DNA of 64,000 nucleotides from Sulfolobales archaeon HS-7 (GCA_019704295.1 AP024596.1:160001-224000), one strand, 5' to 3'. Positions 43,543 through 53,857 are shown, counted from the stretch's first letter. Numbers and translations: made by a program. Notes: a model not told the origin generated them from the sequence alone.

Positions 43543-44376
43543 CTACCCGCTGATCTTTCCCACTATTAGGTTAATATTCCACTTCTTAGCCATCTCCTCA
43601 AGTTCCCTATAGGTTTTTTTCCTCGTGGTCATAATTATAAGGTACTTTGCCGGTTCTTTCCCATACTTTCTCCTAAATACCTCAGCCTTCCTTAATATCT
43701 TGTTAATTTCGTCAGTAGATTGCGTAAATGAAGTAACTTCACCAATTATTGGGGGATCCTCGCTGAAAACGTCAATCTCCTCACCTTCTATTATAGTCGA
43801 GGTCAAAGATTTATCTTTTGGTAATATTTTCATATCCTTTAGGTAATTTTCGAGAAATCTTCTCACGAATTCTTCGAAAGTCATTCCGGCAAACTGGGAT
43901 AAGTCGGTAAATCCCTTTAACATAGCTCCGAACATTCTATCTACTTTTTTATCTAGCCTCTTGTAGGAGAGTTTCAGCTCTTTTACTTCATTCAAAAGTT
44001 TGTTGAAGTCCTCCCTAAGCTTTACCTGTTCTTGGGCTAACCTAGTCTGTTCCTCAGATAACTTCTGGAAGTCCTCCCTAAGCTTTACCTGTTCTTGGGC
44101 TAACCTAGTCTGTTCCTCAGATAACTTCTGGAAGTCCTCCCTGAGCTTTACCTGTTCTTGGTAAAGTTTGTTGAAGTCCTCCCTGAGCTTTACCTGTTCT
44201 TGGGCTAACCTAGTCTGTTCCTCAGATAGCCTTTGAATGTCCTGTCTATATATTTTAAGCTCTCTAGATATTTCCGTTAATGTAACGTTCTCTATGAGCT
44301 TTTTCAGCTTATCAGCTAGTTCGGGATTCTCCGTTATCTCAGCAATTAGCCTCTCAGTAAGAGAGCCTGAACTCAT
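43543..44376 (-). CDS. coiled-coil + PD-(D/E)XK-like domain protein (DUF3782-like)
   Basis: Heptad repeats followed by GMTFEE...EIDV...IGEVT. Confidence 0.75.
   Translation of the reverse strand: MSSGSLTERLIAEITENPELADKLKKLIENVTLTEISRELKIYRQDIQRLSEEQTRLAQEQVKLREDFNKLYQEQVKLREDFQKLSEEQTRLAQEQVKLREDFQKLSEEQTRLAQEQVKLREDFNKLLNEVKELKLSYKRLDKKVDRMFGAMLKGFTDLSQFAGMTFEEFVRRFLENYLKDMKILPKDKSLTSTIIEGEEIDVFSEDPPIIGEVTSFTQSTDEINKILRKAEVFRRKYGKEPAKYLIIMTTRKKTYRELEEMAKKWNINLIVGKISG
43999..44229 (-). repeat. mosaic 21-nt (heptad) intragenic tandem repeat, 11 units
   Basis: LSEEQTR/LAQEQVK/LREDF(N/Q)K/LYQEQVK modules nearly identical at DNA level. Confidence 0.9.
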
Positions 44377-44813
44377 TAATTATAATTAAGTCGTTTACGC
44401 GTTATTAACTTAACTTTCTGTGGGATTTCTTGAACTTGTTTAGGAAAAAATCCCTAATTTTCTGTTAGTTGAATATAAATTTCGTCATTATTAATAAAAC
44501 CGTCAGAAACGTACAGTACCTAACCGATATCGATAAACTACTCTTCATCTCTTATCTGTACAAGGAGCACTAAGCCTGTGAAAGTAATCAGTGTTCAATC
44601 ATAAGTCTAATTCTGTAAGGCCTTCGCTTAACTAGTTTATACCTTATCAGAACATAAAAACCAAGGTGATTGGTTTGTATAATAACAATAACTTCCGATA
44701 CTATCATTCCCAGTATTCCAAAGAGTTAGGCATGTTATGCGTTGCCCTATGAGAGATCCTTGCTTGAACATCAAGGTCTGACTAAGTATAATGTTATCTC
44801 GGTAATCGTTCAT

Positions 44814-45881
44814 TTATTTCATAAGAGAATCTAAGGCCGTACCTATAACAGGGTCGGCTAACTCATAATTTCCCTTATCGCTCTTGATGACGTATCCTCT
44901 CTTCTCCAGGTTATTCAGGTATCTCCCTAGTTCAGCGTCAAATATTGTCCTCCTCCTCTTATCTTCGAAGTATCTCTTTATTTCGCTCCACCTCCTATAT
45001 CCCTTAGCTATGGCCTCAACTACTACGATGTATTCCCTGGAGAAATGGCTCAATTCCTCAACCGTAGTTTTCATCGCAAGTTCCAGGATATCGTCCACAA
45101 AGGTCTTCCTAACTTCCTTAGTTCTTAAACACCGAAGCCCGAACTCCGTCAGCCACCCTACAACACCGTCAAGTTTCTCCACAGCAAACTCTAGGACGTC
45201 CTTTGGGGGGGTTATTCCGATCTGTTCGAAACCCTTCTCTAGGAAATCCAAAGAACGTGACGAATCAAATTTGTTTACTCTTACCTCCTCTAAGTGTCTC
45301 CCGTAGAGGGGAGAGGAGGGGTCCTCAACCTTTAGAAAATCGTACAATAGTCCTATCTCAGAGCCGGTTAAGATGAAGGTCACATTCTTACAGTAATCGT
45401 AACAGTGGGCTAGAAGGGAGAGCATCTCCTGGCCTAACTTTCCTCTGAGGTTTTGAGCCTCATCAAAGGCTATGATCACCCTACTTTCCTCATTTATCCT
45501 GTCCAAGATCTGAGTAAGTGAAGCTCTTTCGTTAGGATCCCAGGATAGGGAAACGTTAACTTCAAATACCGAAATTCCTCTGATGTGCTTAAGGATGGAT
45601 CTAATGGGTAATCTCCTATTTAGCTGCGATAGTACCTCCGAAAATATTGTATAGATTGCCCTATAAGAGGAGAGCGGAAGTCTTCCGTCTACTAGTGCGT
45701 GAGGTAAATCGATGTCATTTAGGAAAGCCTTCAGGATTGAGGTCTTGCCTACTCTCCTTATACCGGTAAGAAGAACTATGGGTTCTGACATAGCTGAACT
45801 TAGCGAGTTAAGTTCCTCTTCCCTATCGTACAACTGCTCCCTAGTTTCCTTTGGTCGTCCATCAAAGAAAATAACTAACAC
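44814..45881 (-). CDS. archaeal AAA ATPase (ATPase_2) with C-terminal wHTH
   Basis: LYDREEE, GIRRVGKTS, AFDEAQ, LTGSE, PLYGR. Confidence 0.88.
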   Translation of the reverse strand: MLVIFFDGRPKETREQLYDREEELNSLSSAMSEPIVLLTGIRRVGKTSILKAFLNDIDLPHALVDGRLPLSSYRAIYTIFSEVLSQLNRRLPIRSILKHIRGISVFEVNVSLSWDPNERASLTQILDRINEESRVIIAFDEAQNLRGKLGQEMLSLLAHCYDYCKNVTFILTGSEIGLLYDFLKVEDPSSPLYGRHLEEVRVNKFDSSRSLDFLEKGFEQIGITPPKDVLEFAVEKLDGVVGWLTEFGLRCLRTKEVRKTFVDDILELAMKTTVEELSHFSREYIVVVEAIAKGYRRWSEIKRYFEDKRRRTIFDAELGRYLNNLEKRGYVIKSDKGNYELADPVIGTALDSLMK

Positions 45882-45908
45882 CCTGTTAGTATACTAACAC
45901 CCTGTTAG
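45875..45908. promoter_or_regulatory. tandem palindromic operator (CTAACA-CCC-TGTTAG)x2
   Basis: Two identical 15-bp palindromes separated by TATA, lying between the minus-strand BRE/TATA (GAAACCTTAAAT) and the start codon. Confidence 0.7.
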
Positions 45909-46243
45909 ATTTAAGGTTTCTCATTCAGTCGTCCTGTGTTCATCATGAGATAACATATAGCCCTTAGGATACCATCCTTAGCGCGAATGAATACGATACA
46001 TCTCAAATGGAGATCAATGAATTACTTCAATCCATTGGGGGGTTCGGGAAATACCATTGACGAGAGCAATGTATAGGAACAACTGAAATTTAATATTAAA
46101 TAATTAATAATTAATTTAAAGCGACTTCAATTCAATTGATTGCTAATATCCCACAATCCACGTTTATATTGCATACTATGCAGAATTTGCATTAATAGAA
46201 AGATTAAAATACGTTTAATCATAGATATTAATTAAGTGAGAAT

Positions 46244-46477
46244 ATGAGCCTTAAGATATATAAAAAATTAGATCTTACAGGGGTTTCTTGTGCCGGACCT
46301 CTGGGAGAGCTATCGGGAACTTTTGATGAACTACAGCCTGGGGAGGCTGTAGAAGTTCTATTAGGGGACGAAGCGACCCGAAATGACATTTTGGTGTGGT
46401 CGAAAAAGCGAGGAGCTAAGATTGTAGAGGATTCGAAAGAGGGGAATAGGTACAGATTAGTAATACAGAGGCTGTAA
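46244..46477 (+). CDS. tusA: TusA/SirA-like sulfur carrier
   Basis: [18 protein letters not shown]. Confidence 0.8.
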   Translation: MSLKIYKKLDLTGVSCAGPLGELSGTFDELQPGEAVEVLLGDEATRNDILVWSKKRGAKIVEDSKEGNRYRLVIQRL

Positions 46478-46479
46478 AG

Positions 46480-47634
46480 ATGAAAAGGGTAATTATAGCA
46501 GGAGGAGGAATAGCAGGAACGATTTTGGCTAACAGACTCTCTGACAAGCTAGCTGCTGAACTAAAGAAAGGGGAAATCGAGCTAGTAGTTTTAGACAGAA
46601 CGGACAAACACGTTTATCAGCCTGGACAACTCTTTGTAAGCCTGGGATTGTCAGAGCCTGAGGAGATTGTTAGGAATGAAAGGGAACTATTGAATCCTCA
46701 CGTGAAATTCTTCACAGGTACATCAGGAGAGATGACGAAGATAGATGTAGCTAATCATCAGGTATTAACAGCTGACGGAAAGGCTCACTCATATGATTAC
46801 TTGGTGATTGCCACCGGATCCCATAACAACTACGACGAAATACCCGGTCTGAAGGAGGCCGAATTCACGCCCTGGGATCTAGAGAGTGCAGTAAAGATGA
46901 GGGAAGTGGTCCAAAACTTCAATGGAGGAACGGTAGTAATAAACGTTGCTAGAACTCCGCACAAATGTCCAGTAGGACCTTTAGAGCTTACGTTTATGTT
47001 TGAGGATATGGTGAGGAGGAGAGGGATAAGGGATAAAACCGAGATTATTTACACTTATCCCGTTCAGGGGGTTTTCGGCATACCCAGTACGAATCAGGTG
47101 ATGCTAAAGATTTTCGAGGAACGGGGGATAAAAGTGGTGTCTCCTTTCAAGGTCGCAAAGGTAGATCCGAAGGAGAAGGTGATCGAATCGGATGACGGAC
47201 AAAAGCTGAAATTCGACTACCTCTTCGGAGTACCACCTAACGTGGGAGCTAAGGTGATAAAGGACTCTGGTATAGGAGACAGAAGTAACTGGGTTCCAAC
47301 GGATAAGTACACCTTAAGAATGGAGAATCAGAGCAACGTTTACGTCATGGGAGATACGACAAACCTTCCCATATCTAAGGCGGGTTCAACAGCGGACTTC
47401 GAGTCCTATGTGATCACGGGAAATTTAGTTAATGACATAAGGGGAACAGGGAGTAAAAGGATGTTTGACGGCTCGGTATTTTGTTACATAGCTACCGGAC
47501 TTGACCAGGCGACTTACATAAGGTTCAACTATAATTACCCTCCGGTACCACCTCCTCCCTCCTACGTGCATTGGTGGGGCAAGATAATGTATAACAGGAT
47601 GTACTGGACGGTTACTGCGAAGGGAATAGTATGA
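46480..47634 (+). CDS. sqr: sulfide:quinone oxidoreductase-family flavoprotein
   Basis: [28 protein letters not shown]...SKAGS, FCYI. Confidence 0.8.
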   Translation: MKRVIIAGGGIAGTILANRLSDKLAAELKKGEIELVVLDRTDKHVYQPGQLFVSLGLSEPEEIVRNERELLNPHVKFFTGTSGEMTKIDVANHQVLTADGKAHSYDYLVIATGSHNNYDEIPGLKEAEFTPWDLESAVKMREVVQNFNGGTVVINVARTPHKCPVGPLELTFMFEDMVRRRGIRDKTEIIYTYPVQGVFGIPSTNQVMLKIFEERGIKVVSPFKVAKVDPKEKVIESDDGQKLKFDYLFGVPPNVGAKVIKDSGIGDRSNWVPTDKYTLRMENQSNVYVMGDTTNLPISKAGSTADFESYVITGNLVNDIRGTGSKRMFDGSVFCYIATGLDQATYIRFNYNYPPVPPPPSYVHWWGKIMYNRMYWTVTAKGIV

Positions 47635-48002
47635 GACATGGATTGATAGTGGGCACTAACGACAAAAGCAGGTTAGTCTACGCAAGTATGGAGGCTGTAG
47701 TAAGAACGTCATTGGGAGATGAGGTGTCTATCTTTTTCACGATGGATGGAGTAAAAGCTATTACAAGGAATCCTGAAACGGTAACTAAGAACGATTCGTC
47801 GAAATACCTCGAGAGTTCGAACGAGTTTTACGAGAACCTAAGTAAGACTAAGAAGACGGGAAGGGCTAAGGTGTATGCTTGTTCGTATGCGTCTAAACTT
47901 TACGGATTTTCTAAAGAGTCGTATTCGGATCTCGTTGACGCCATTGTTGGAATTACGACATTCATAGGCGAAGTGGACGGACAGATAGTATCGATCTGGT
48001 GA
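47631..48002 (+). CDS. DsrE/DsrF-like protein
   Basis: IFFTMDG, YACS, IVGITTF. Confidence 0.8.
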   Translation: MRHGLIVGTNDKSRLVYASMEAVVRTSLGDEVSIFFTMDGVKAITRNPETVTKNDSSKYLESSNEFYENLSKTKKTGRAKVYACSYASKLYGFSKESYSDLVDAIVGITTFIGEVDGQIVSIW

Positions 48003-48910
48003 TAAAAGTGGAACAGATTAACTTGGACACGATCTTAAACAAGCTTGATCAGAAAAAACTGGATGACATAGCATCAATGTTAGATAGATTAGGTACTCTA
48101 AACGACGTTCTTTCGCGACTTGAGGAGCTTAAACAGTCGGGAGCGTTTGACGTGTTAATTAACACCTCCTATGCTCTCAAAACGATGAGGGATATGCTTA
48201 ACGATGACGCTATACAGAACGTAGCAGGAATGACAAGTACTATAATGGAGGTATTGAAGACCGCTTCAGATCAAGAGGTCAAGGACAGGCTAATTTCTGT
48301 CCTTAAGGGATTGGAAGGAATTGAAATGTTAACTAACAAGCTAAGGGAATTAACCTCCTCTGGCGCACTGGATGTCCTGGTTAACATGTCGTATGCGCTT
48401 AAGACGTTAAAGGACATGTTAAATGATGACGCGATACAGAACATTGCATCCTATACTTCCTCTCTTCTAGAATTACTTAAGGTGATGGACGACAGAACGA
48501 TAAGTTCTATGAAGAACGTCATAGTGAAGTTTAACACACTAGAAAAGGTAGTTTCAAAGTTAGAGGAGTTGGACAAAAGTGGAACATTGGATACGCTGAT
48601 GGAAATGGGATATCTAGTAAAGACCATGCGAGATATGCTAAACGAGGATTCTCTAGTCAACCTTGCGACGACGCTATCGACTGCCCTGGAATTCCTTAAA
48701 GGCGGTAAGGATTTCCTTGATCTATTTAATAGTAGCCTTGGTAGGGTAGTTGCCGAAGTAGCAGCTTCAGACGAAATGAGAAAGGTTATTGACAACCCCA
48801 CTCCTTACAACCTATCGAGGATTATAAAGGCGCTGGGAGATCCTGACGTTCAGAAGGGAGTTGGAATAATGATGACGTACCTGAAACTACTGGGTCAAAG
48901 GGAGAGTTAA
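47999..48910 (+). CDS. DUF1641 protein with internal triple repeat
   Basis: Three copies of L.EL..SG..D.L....Y..KT..DMLN.D; C-terminal L.DPDVQKG. Confidence 0.8.
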   Translation: MIKVEQINLDTILNKLDQKKLDDIASMLDRLGTLNDVLSRLEELKQSGAFDVLINTSYALKTMRDMLNDDAIQNVAGMTSTIMEVLKTASDQEVKDRLISVLKGLEGIEMLTNKLRELTSSGALDVLVNMSYALKTLKDMLNDDAIQNIASYTSSLLELLKVMDDRTISSMKNVIVKFNTLEKVVSKLEELDKSGTLDTLMEMGYLVKTMRDMLNEDSLVNLATTLSTALEFLKGGKDFLDLFNSSLGRVVAEVAASDEMRKVIDNPTPYNLSRIIKALGDPDVQKGVGIMMTYLKLLGQRES

Positions 48911-48911
48911 A

Positions 48912-49475
48912 TTAAATTTTTTTGCAATCTATTGACGCTTCCTTGAAAAGGAGTTTTAAAAGAGGATCAGGGATATTCGCCTCCTCCCTGTAATTTTCGT
49001 GGAGTACTAGTATTTTCGCAGTAGAAGGAGATGCGCTGCTTATATCGAAGAAGAGATATTGGACTGTAGAGAATTCCTCTCCTTGTTCTCTTCCCTTCTC
49101 TGGAACTCCTTGTATAAGCTTGTCTCCTATTTTAAGGAAAATTGAGTTGTATATTCCCCTTAAGGTTCTGAAAACCTCCTTAAGGTCGGCTTCATTCCAA
49201 GCGTTAATAAATAGAGTTGCCTTGATTAAGTTATTACATGGAATCATGGTTGAGTAGAGCTCAATCTCCCTCTTTATGTCATCTTCTTTTTCAAGCTTGT
49301 CTAAGTAGATCATTTCCTGTATTTGATGTATGACGGTTTCTTTGTTTTCGAAGAGCAACGTTAGCCTCTTTCCAAGTTCGAATCTCCTATCCCTCTTTAT
49401 CTCCGCTATTTGCTTATACCTTTCCATCCTGACTTTTTCATAGTCTTTCCAATTCATGAATTGTGAAGGATCCAT
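48912..49475 (-). CDS. DUF3501 protein
   Basis: LLFENKETV.HQIQEM, ATLFI, STVQYL; in the rubrerythrin operon. Confidence 0.8.
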   Translation of the reverse strand: MDPSQFMNWKDYEKVRMERYKQIAEIKRDRRFELGKRLTLLFENKETVIHQIQEMIYLDKLEKEDDIKREIELYSTMIPCNNLIKATLFINAWNEADLKEVFRTLRGIYNSIFLKIGDKLIQGVPEKGREQGEEFSTVQYLFFDISSASPSTAKILVLHENYREEANIPDPLLKLLFKEASIDCKKI

Positions 49476-50669
49476 TTATAATGCCTCCTTAAGGAGGGAT
49501 ATGGGATGCTTTGGCTTTACTCCTGTGGCTTTAGTGATCTGCATACCCGCTAGCGGACATTCCGTAACGAAGACGTCGGCCTTACCATCTTTAAATGCGT
49601 CCATCATTCCCTTACCAACCCTCTTTGCAGTATCGTAATGTCTCAACCCCCAACCTCCATCTATTCCTGAACAACCCTTATCGACTCTTTCCACCTCAAC
49701 TTTAACTCCTCTTAGTAACTGCACTCCTGGCTGACCTACCCCTAAGTACCTGAGGTGACATGGTGGGTGATATAGGGCTTTAAGAGGTTTCTCACCCTTT
49801 ATGTTTACTTTCCCCTCCTTTTTTAGCTTCAGGAGAAACTCCATTGCGTCGTAGACCTTAGGTACGTCCTTAAGTAGGTGCGAGTACTCTTTGGTAACCA
49901 TTAGGGTACACGTAGGTATGGGACACACCACATCGTAGCCTTTGTTAACGAATTCCCTAATTAACTTGGCGTTGTGCTCTGCATTCCTCTTCAATCCCCA
50001 TGCATTTCCAGAGTCCAAAAAAGGCGCCCCGCAACATTTGAAGTTAGCGGCAACTACCTTTATTCCCAGTTTAGTGTAAACCTCTACGAGGTCTTTTCCT
50101 ATCTCGGGAAAGAAGTTCTCAACAAGACATGTATGGAAGAGAACGACTTTAGCCACCGGATTACTCACGTCATTCTCCCTGAACTCCTCGAGGAAACCCC
50201 TCTCCGATATTTCCAGTTGCGGAGCATCCTCTTGTACGCCCGCGTAACCTGAAAGGACCTTATAGGCTTCCCTCCCTACTTTACCTAACTTCCTGATGAG
50301 TGGTATTCCGTCAGTTAACGACATTAAGGACTCTTTTAGGGGGACGCCTTTCACAGTTCTAAAGTAAAGCCATCCCCACTCTAAGATCCTGGGGAAATCC
50401 ATGCTAAACTCATGAGGTGGTGTATATGGACAATTTACAAAGCACATATTGCAGTGAAAGCACTTTGAGGCTACTTCCTCCACATCCTCGAGAGTTAACG
50501 CCCCTGGACCCTTTTCGTCCGTTTTTTTGAATAGGGTTGGAAAAGAGTCGCAGTAGTTAAAACACCTTCTGCATCCATGACAAACTGTGGATTGCCTAAC
50601 GAACTCCTTCAATAGTGATTTACTATCATAAAATCTAGGGTTGTCAGGATCTAAAATCATGATTATCAC
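49476..50669 (-). CDS. Fe-S oxidoreductase (4Fe-4S dicluster + CCG domains)
   Basis: CHGCRRCFNYC, CFHCNMCFVNCP, CCG, HPPCH, CSG. Confidence 0.85.
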   Translation of the reverse strand: MIIMILDPDNPRFYDSKSLLKEFVRQSTVCHGCRRCFNYCDSFPTLFKKTDEKGPGALTLEDVEEVASKCFHCNMCFVNCPYTPPHEFSMDFPRILEWGWLYFRTVKGVPLKESLMSLTDGIPLIRKLGKVGREAYKVLSGYAGVQEDAPQLEISERGFLEEFRENDVSNPVAKVVLFHTCLVENFFPEIGKDLVEVYTKLGIKVVAANFKCCGAPFLDSGNAWGLKRNAEHNAKLIREFVNKGYDVVCPIPTCTLMVTKEYSHLLKDVPKVYDAMEFLLKLKKEGKVNIKGEKPLKALYHPPCHLRYLGVGQPGVQLLRGVKVEVERVDKGCSGIDGGWGLRHYDTAKRVGKGMMDAFKDGKADVFVTECPLAGMQITKATGVKPKHPISLLKEAL

Positions 50670-50687
50670 AGAAAAAGAGGAAAAAAT

Positions 50688-51116
50688 TTATCCCTTTAGT
50701 TCCTTAAGAAGTTGTTCGAACTTAGCTGCGTGACTCTTTTCGGCTTTGGCTAAAGTCTCATACCACTCCGCTAGTTCAGTGAAGCCCTCCTCTCTAGCGT
50801 CCTTGGCAAACCCAGGATACATCTGAGTCCACTCGTAAGTTTCGCCCTCTATTGCGGACTTTATCATATCCTCTAAAGTGTTTATCTTAACGCCTGTGGC
50901 GGGATCTCCCATATTCCCCTGTCTTACGAAATCGAGATGACCGAACGCGTGAGCTGTCTCCCCTTCAGCTATACTCCTTATTGTAGCAGCTATTTCTGGG
51001 TACCCTTCTTCGTCTGCTCTCCTTGCAAAGTAGAGGTATCTCCTGTTAGCCATGGACTCCCCTATAAAAGCGTTTTTCAAGTTCGTTTCCGATTTAGTAC
51101 CTTTTAACTCCTTCAT
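50688..51116 (-). CDS. short rubrerythrin (sulerythrin-type)
   Basis: AFIGES.ANRRY, ETAH, GETYE...MYP.FA, EKSH; no rubredoxin domain. Confidence 0.9.
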   Translation of the reverse strand: MKELKGTKSETNLKNAFIGESMANRRYLYFARRADEEGYPEIAATIRSIAEGETAHAFGHLDFVRQGNMGDPATGVKINTLEDMIKSAIEGETYEWTQMYPGFAKDAREEGFTELAEWYETLAKAEKSHAAKFEQLLKELKG

Positions 51117-51189
51117 GGTTATCTGAGATATTGATCCTCTACTTAAATAAAAACTTTTTCTTAGTATGAACTCCTTACTTGTAGTAATT

Positions 51190-52215
51190 TCAAAAAACGG
51201 GCAACGTTACGTTTTCGTGAGTTCTTACGTAGGATGTGTTTACGTATCTGGGAAAAGTTCCATTAAGTATTCCCCTGATCATGGCAATTGCGTAAACTGA
51301 TAACGGACCCGGCTCGTTAAGCAGACTCGCTGGCAACCCCTCCGACATAACGTATATCTTATATTGATAGCTGTTTCCTAGGAAACCTTCTATAGTATTT
51401 ACTACGCCCGTAACATTCGAAAAGTCCTGAGCTATTATTACTCCCGGTTGAAGGGATAGTAGCGTCGCACCTGACTCTACAGGATAGGCAGTAGTTACGT
51501 TCTGGTATACGTTTACTCCTCCAGCATCGCTAATAATGACGGAGATGAAGGAATTTCCAGAGACGGTGTAGAAAGTGTTACCAGGTTCCCAACAAAGCAC
51601 GTAAGCCACTTTTACGTTGCCGTGAGTTGAAAAAGCACTTATCTTACTCTCCATCCAATTGATTAGGAGCTGAGCCTGATGTTCCTTATTGAACACCTTT
51701 CCTACTAACTCTATATCCGAGAAAATTTCCGAAAAGTTGTTGTCTAGGCTTCCATGAAGGTAAAGGACAGGTAATCCAGCCTCTACGAAGTCCTTATAGT
51801 AACCTCCTTCAATTCCCGCGTCTGCTATGATCAGAGAGGGATGATATTTTTCGAGTAGAGCAGCGTCGAGAGTAGGATACGTGACGTTGGCTGGAAGAAT
51901 TGTTACGTTACTTGGGAGTAAAGAGGTCTCATTTACCTGTTCTAGCAGTTGATAGGAGTAATAGTCTATCGCGACTAGATCCTTTGTAAGATTCAAAGCT
52001 ATTAGTATCTGCGTTACACTAGGTGCAAGGGATATTACTCTGGTAGGATAAGCCGGAATCGTAACGTTGTTTCCGAGGCCGTCGACGACAGTTAGCGGGT
52101 AATAGTTGACTGACTTTGATAAGTGAGTATGTGAGGTGAAATAGTACCCGGCAAATATACTCGCTGCGATAATTATTACTGCAAGTGCTATCCCGATAAC
52201 AACGGTGGATTTCAT
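51190..52215 (-). CDS. BtuF/FecB-type ABC substrate-binding protein
   Basis: N-terminal anchor, P.RVISLAPSVTQ, AGGVN, PGP. Confidence 0.85.
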   Translation of the reverse strand: MKSTVVIGIALAVIIIAASIFAGYYFTSHTHLSKSVNYYPLTVVDGLGNNVTIPAYPTRVISLAPSVTQILIALNLTKDLVAIDYYSYQLLEQVNETSLLPSNVTILPANVTYPTLDAALLEKYHPSLIIADAGIEGGYYKDFVEAGLPVLYLHGSLDNNFSEIFSDIELVGKVFNKEHQAQLLINWMESKISAFSTHGNVKVAYVLCWEPGNTFYTVSGNSFISVIISDAGGVNVYQNVTTAYPVESGATLLSLQPGVIIAQDFSNVTGVVNTIEGFLGNSYQYKIYVMSEGLPASLLNEPGPLSVYAIAMIRGILNGTFPRYVNTSYVRTHENVTLPVF

Positions 52216-52218
52216 AGA

Positions 52219-52233
52219 TGGATAGGCTATCCA
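52219..52233. promoter_or_regulatory. palindromic operator TGGATA-N3-TATCCA
   Basis: Between a TATA-like TTTTTAAG and the ATG of the binding-protein gene; second copy at 53841. Confidence 0.7.
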
Positions 52234-52237
52234 AGCC

Positions 52238-52903
52238 TTAAAAAATTACCGGTACGTAGTATTTGATCGAGCTAAGCGTGATTTCAGTAATGGGTATGGA
52301 AAACGCCTCTGACAATATTTCGGAATTTACATTCTGACCATGATAGAACACTTTTCCCTCCTTAAGCACGGTTACTGTAGAGGCAAAAGATACTATACCT
52401 AGGTCGTGAGTGGCCACAACTACTTGCCTGTTAGAGGATAATTGGAGGACTCTGGTAGCTACGACGTGTCTGTTCAACGGATCCAAGTTTGCCGTTGGTT
52501 CATCTAATAACAGGATCTTGTTCGTAAGAAGGGCTTTCGCTATTAGTACTAGGCGTTTTTCCCCGGAACTCAAAGTGGGGAAACTTCTGTATGCTAACTT
52601 AGCTATGCCCATTTCCCTGAGTGCCTCAAGGGCCTGCTTTATCTCATCTTCCTTTGGGAAAAACCACGCGTCCTTAGCCAGGAGGATCTTCATTACTGAA
52701 CTCTTAAAATCGGGCACCTCAGCAGGTATGTAAACCGCATCTAATAGCTTAGGGTGTTTTGGAAGGAGTCCCGCGAGTGCCTTGAGTAGAGTCGTTTTTC
52801 CAGCACCATTAGGTCCTACTATTACGTTTAATCCATCACTTAACTTCAATTTAACTCCTGAAAGTATAGGAGAACCTCCGATTTCAACACTCACTTCAAT
52901 CAA
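52238..52903 (-). CDS. ABC ATPase (BtuD/FecE-type)
   Basis: GPNGAGKT, LSSGE, LLLDEPT. Confidence 0.88.
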   Translation of the reverse strand: MIEVSVEIGGSPILSGVKLKLSDGLNVIVGPNGAGKTTLLKALAGLLPKHPKLLDAVYIPAEVPDFKSSVMKILLAKDAWFFPKEDEIKQALEALREMGIAKLAYRSFPTLSSGEKRLVLIAKALLTNKILLLDEPTANLDPLNRHVVATRVLQLSSNRQVVVATHDLGIVSFASTVTVLKEGKVFYHGQNVNSEILSEAFSIPITEITLSSIKYYVPVIF

Positions 52904-53834
52904 GGGTCCTCACCAGCCTTATCAGTATAGGCATGGCTATTATTGCAGTTACTGACGTCATAGGCAGAATGAATCCGAAAGTCCCTCCCGCGATAACGTT
53001 TGCCAATCCGAGAAGACTTGCTCCTATTAGCGCAGAGTAAATTAGGGACTCGCGAAATCCGTCCGCTCCGGAGTTTCTTGCAATGTGAGGCGCCATCAGC
53101 CCAATGAATCCAATTATTCCTACTTGTGAAACAAGATACGCTATAACAATACTAGTTACCATGAACCATACAATCCTGAAAGCAGAGCTGTTAAGTCCGA
53201 AGGAAGATGAGAGTTCGTCTCCCGCTGAAATCAGATCGAAGCGTCTCTCTGAGGAGATAGCGAAAGCTATGAAACCGAGGGTAATTAGCAGTAGTATTAC
53301 CACCTGCTTGTAGGATTCTACCCCTATTTCCCCAAAAATCCAAAACAGGGGACTGGGTGTGGATGGAAATTTAAGGGCAAGGTACTCTTCAGCTATCATT
53401 AGGCCTGATACGAATGCGAAGTTCACCGTAAGCCCGGCAAAAAGCAAGGCGTTTACAGTTCCTTTTCTGCCCAATAGGAGCGTGATCACCGACGCCAGCA
53501 AGGCGAAGAGAAAGGCGGTGAGGGTTTCATACATAACCGAGGCTATAAGTTCGAAAGGTAAGAGGAAAGACACTACTGCCCCGAAAGAGGCACCTGCAGA
53601 AGTTCCTGAAACATAGGGATCCATAAGTGGGTTCCTGAAGAGGTATTGTAGGATCAGACCTGATACCGCTAGCAAAGCTCCGGCTATGCACGCGAAGAGT
53701 TCAGAAGGAAGCTTGATATACACCGCGATTTTGATGTCTAGAGGTGTAAACGGAGGTAGAGTGTATACGGGCCCCAGAAGGAAGAATAACATGATACTTG
53801 CTACGAGAAGCGCTAGGAATAATAAAACCTTCAT
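52896..53834 (-). CDS. FecCD/BtuC-type permease
   Basis: FRNPLMDPY..G.S.GA and G.IGF.GL..PH. Confidence 0.88.
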   Translation of the reverse strand: MKVLLFLALLVASIMLFFLLGPVYTLPPFTPLDIKIAVYIKLPSELFACIAGALLAVSGLILQYLFRNPLMDPYVSGTSAGASFGAVVSFLLPFELIASVMYETLTAFLFALLASVITLLLGRKGTVNALLFAGLTVNFAFVSGLMIAEEYLALKFPSTPSPLFWIFGEIGVESYKQVVILLLITLGFIAFAISSERRFDLISAGDELSSSFGLNSSAFRIVWFMVTSIVIAYLVSQVGIIGFIGLMAPHIARNSGADGFRESLIYSALIGASLLGLANVIAGGTFGFILPMTSVTAIIAMPILIRLVRTLD

Positions 53835-53840
53835 TACTAC

Positions 53841-53857
53841 TTGGATAGGTTATCCAA
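53841..53857. promoter_or_regulatory. palindromic operator TTGGATA-N3-TATCCAA
   Basis: Between the TATA box and the ATG of the permease gene. Confidence 0.7.

Noticed and set aside
43999-44229. Repeat array as possible CRISPR
   Set aside because: In-frame coding heptads with no unique spacers.
45925-45946. Minus-strand ATGATGA-11nt-CTGA half C/D unit
   Set aside because: A second box pair is not identifiable and no rRNA target was recognised by eye.
48912-51116. Rubrerythrin-FeS oxidoreductase-DUF3501 as a novel system
   Set aside because: This three-gene arrangement is an already recognised aerobic-type rubrerythrin cluster.
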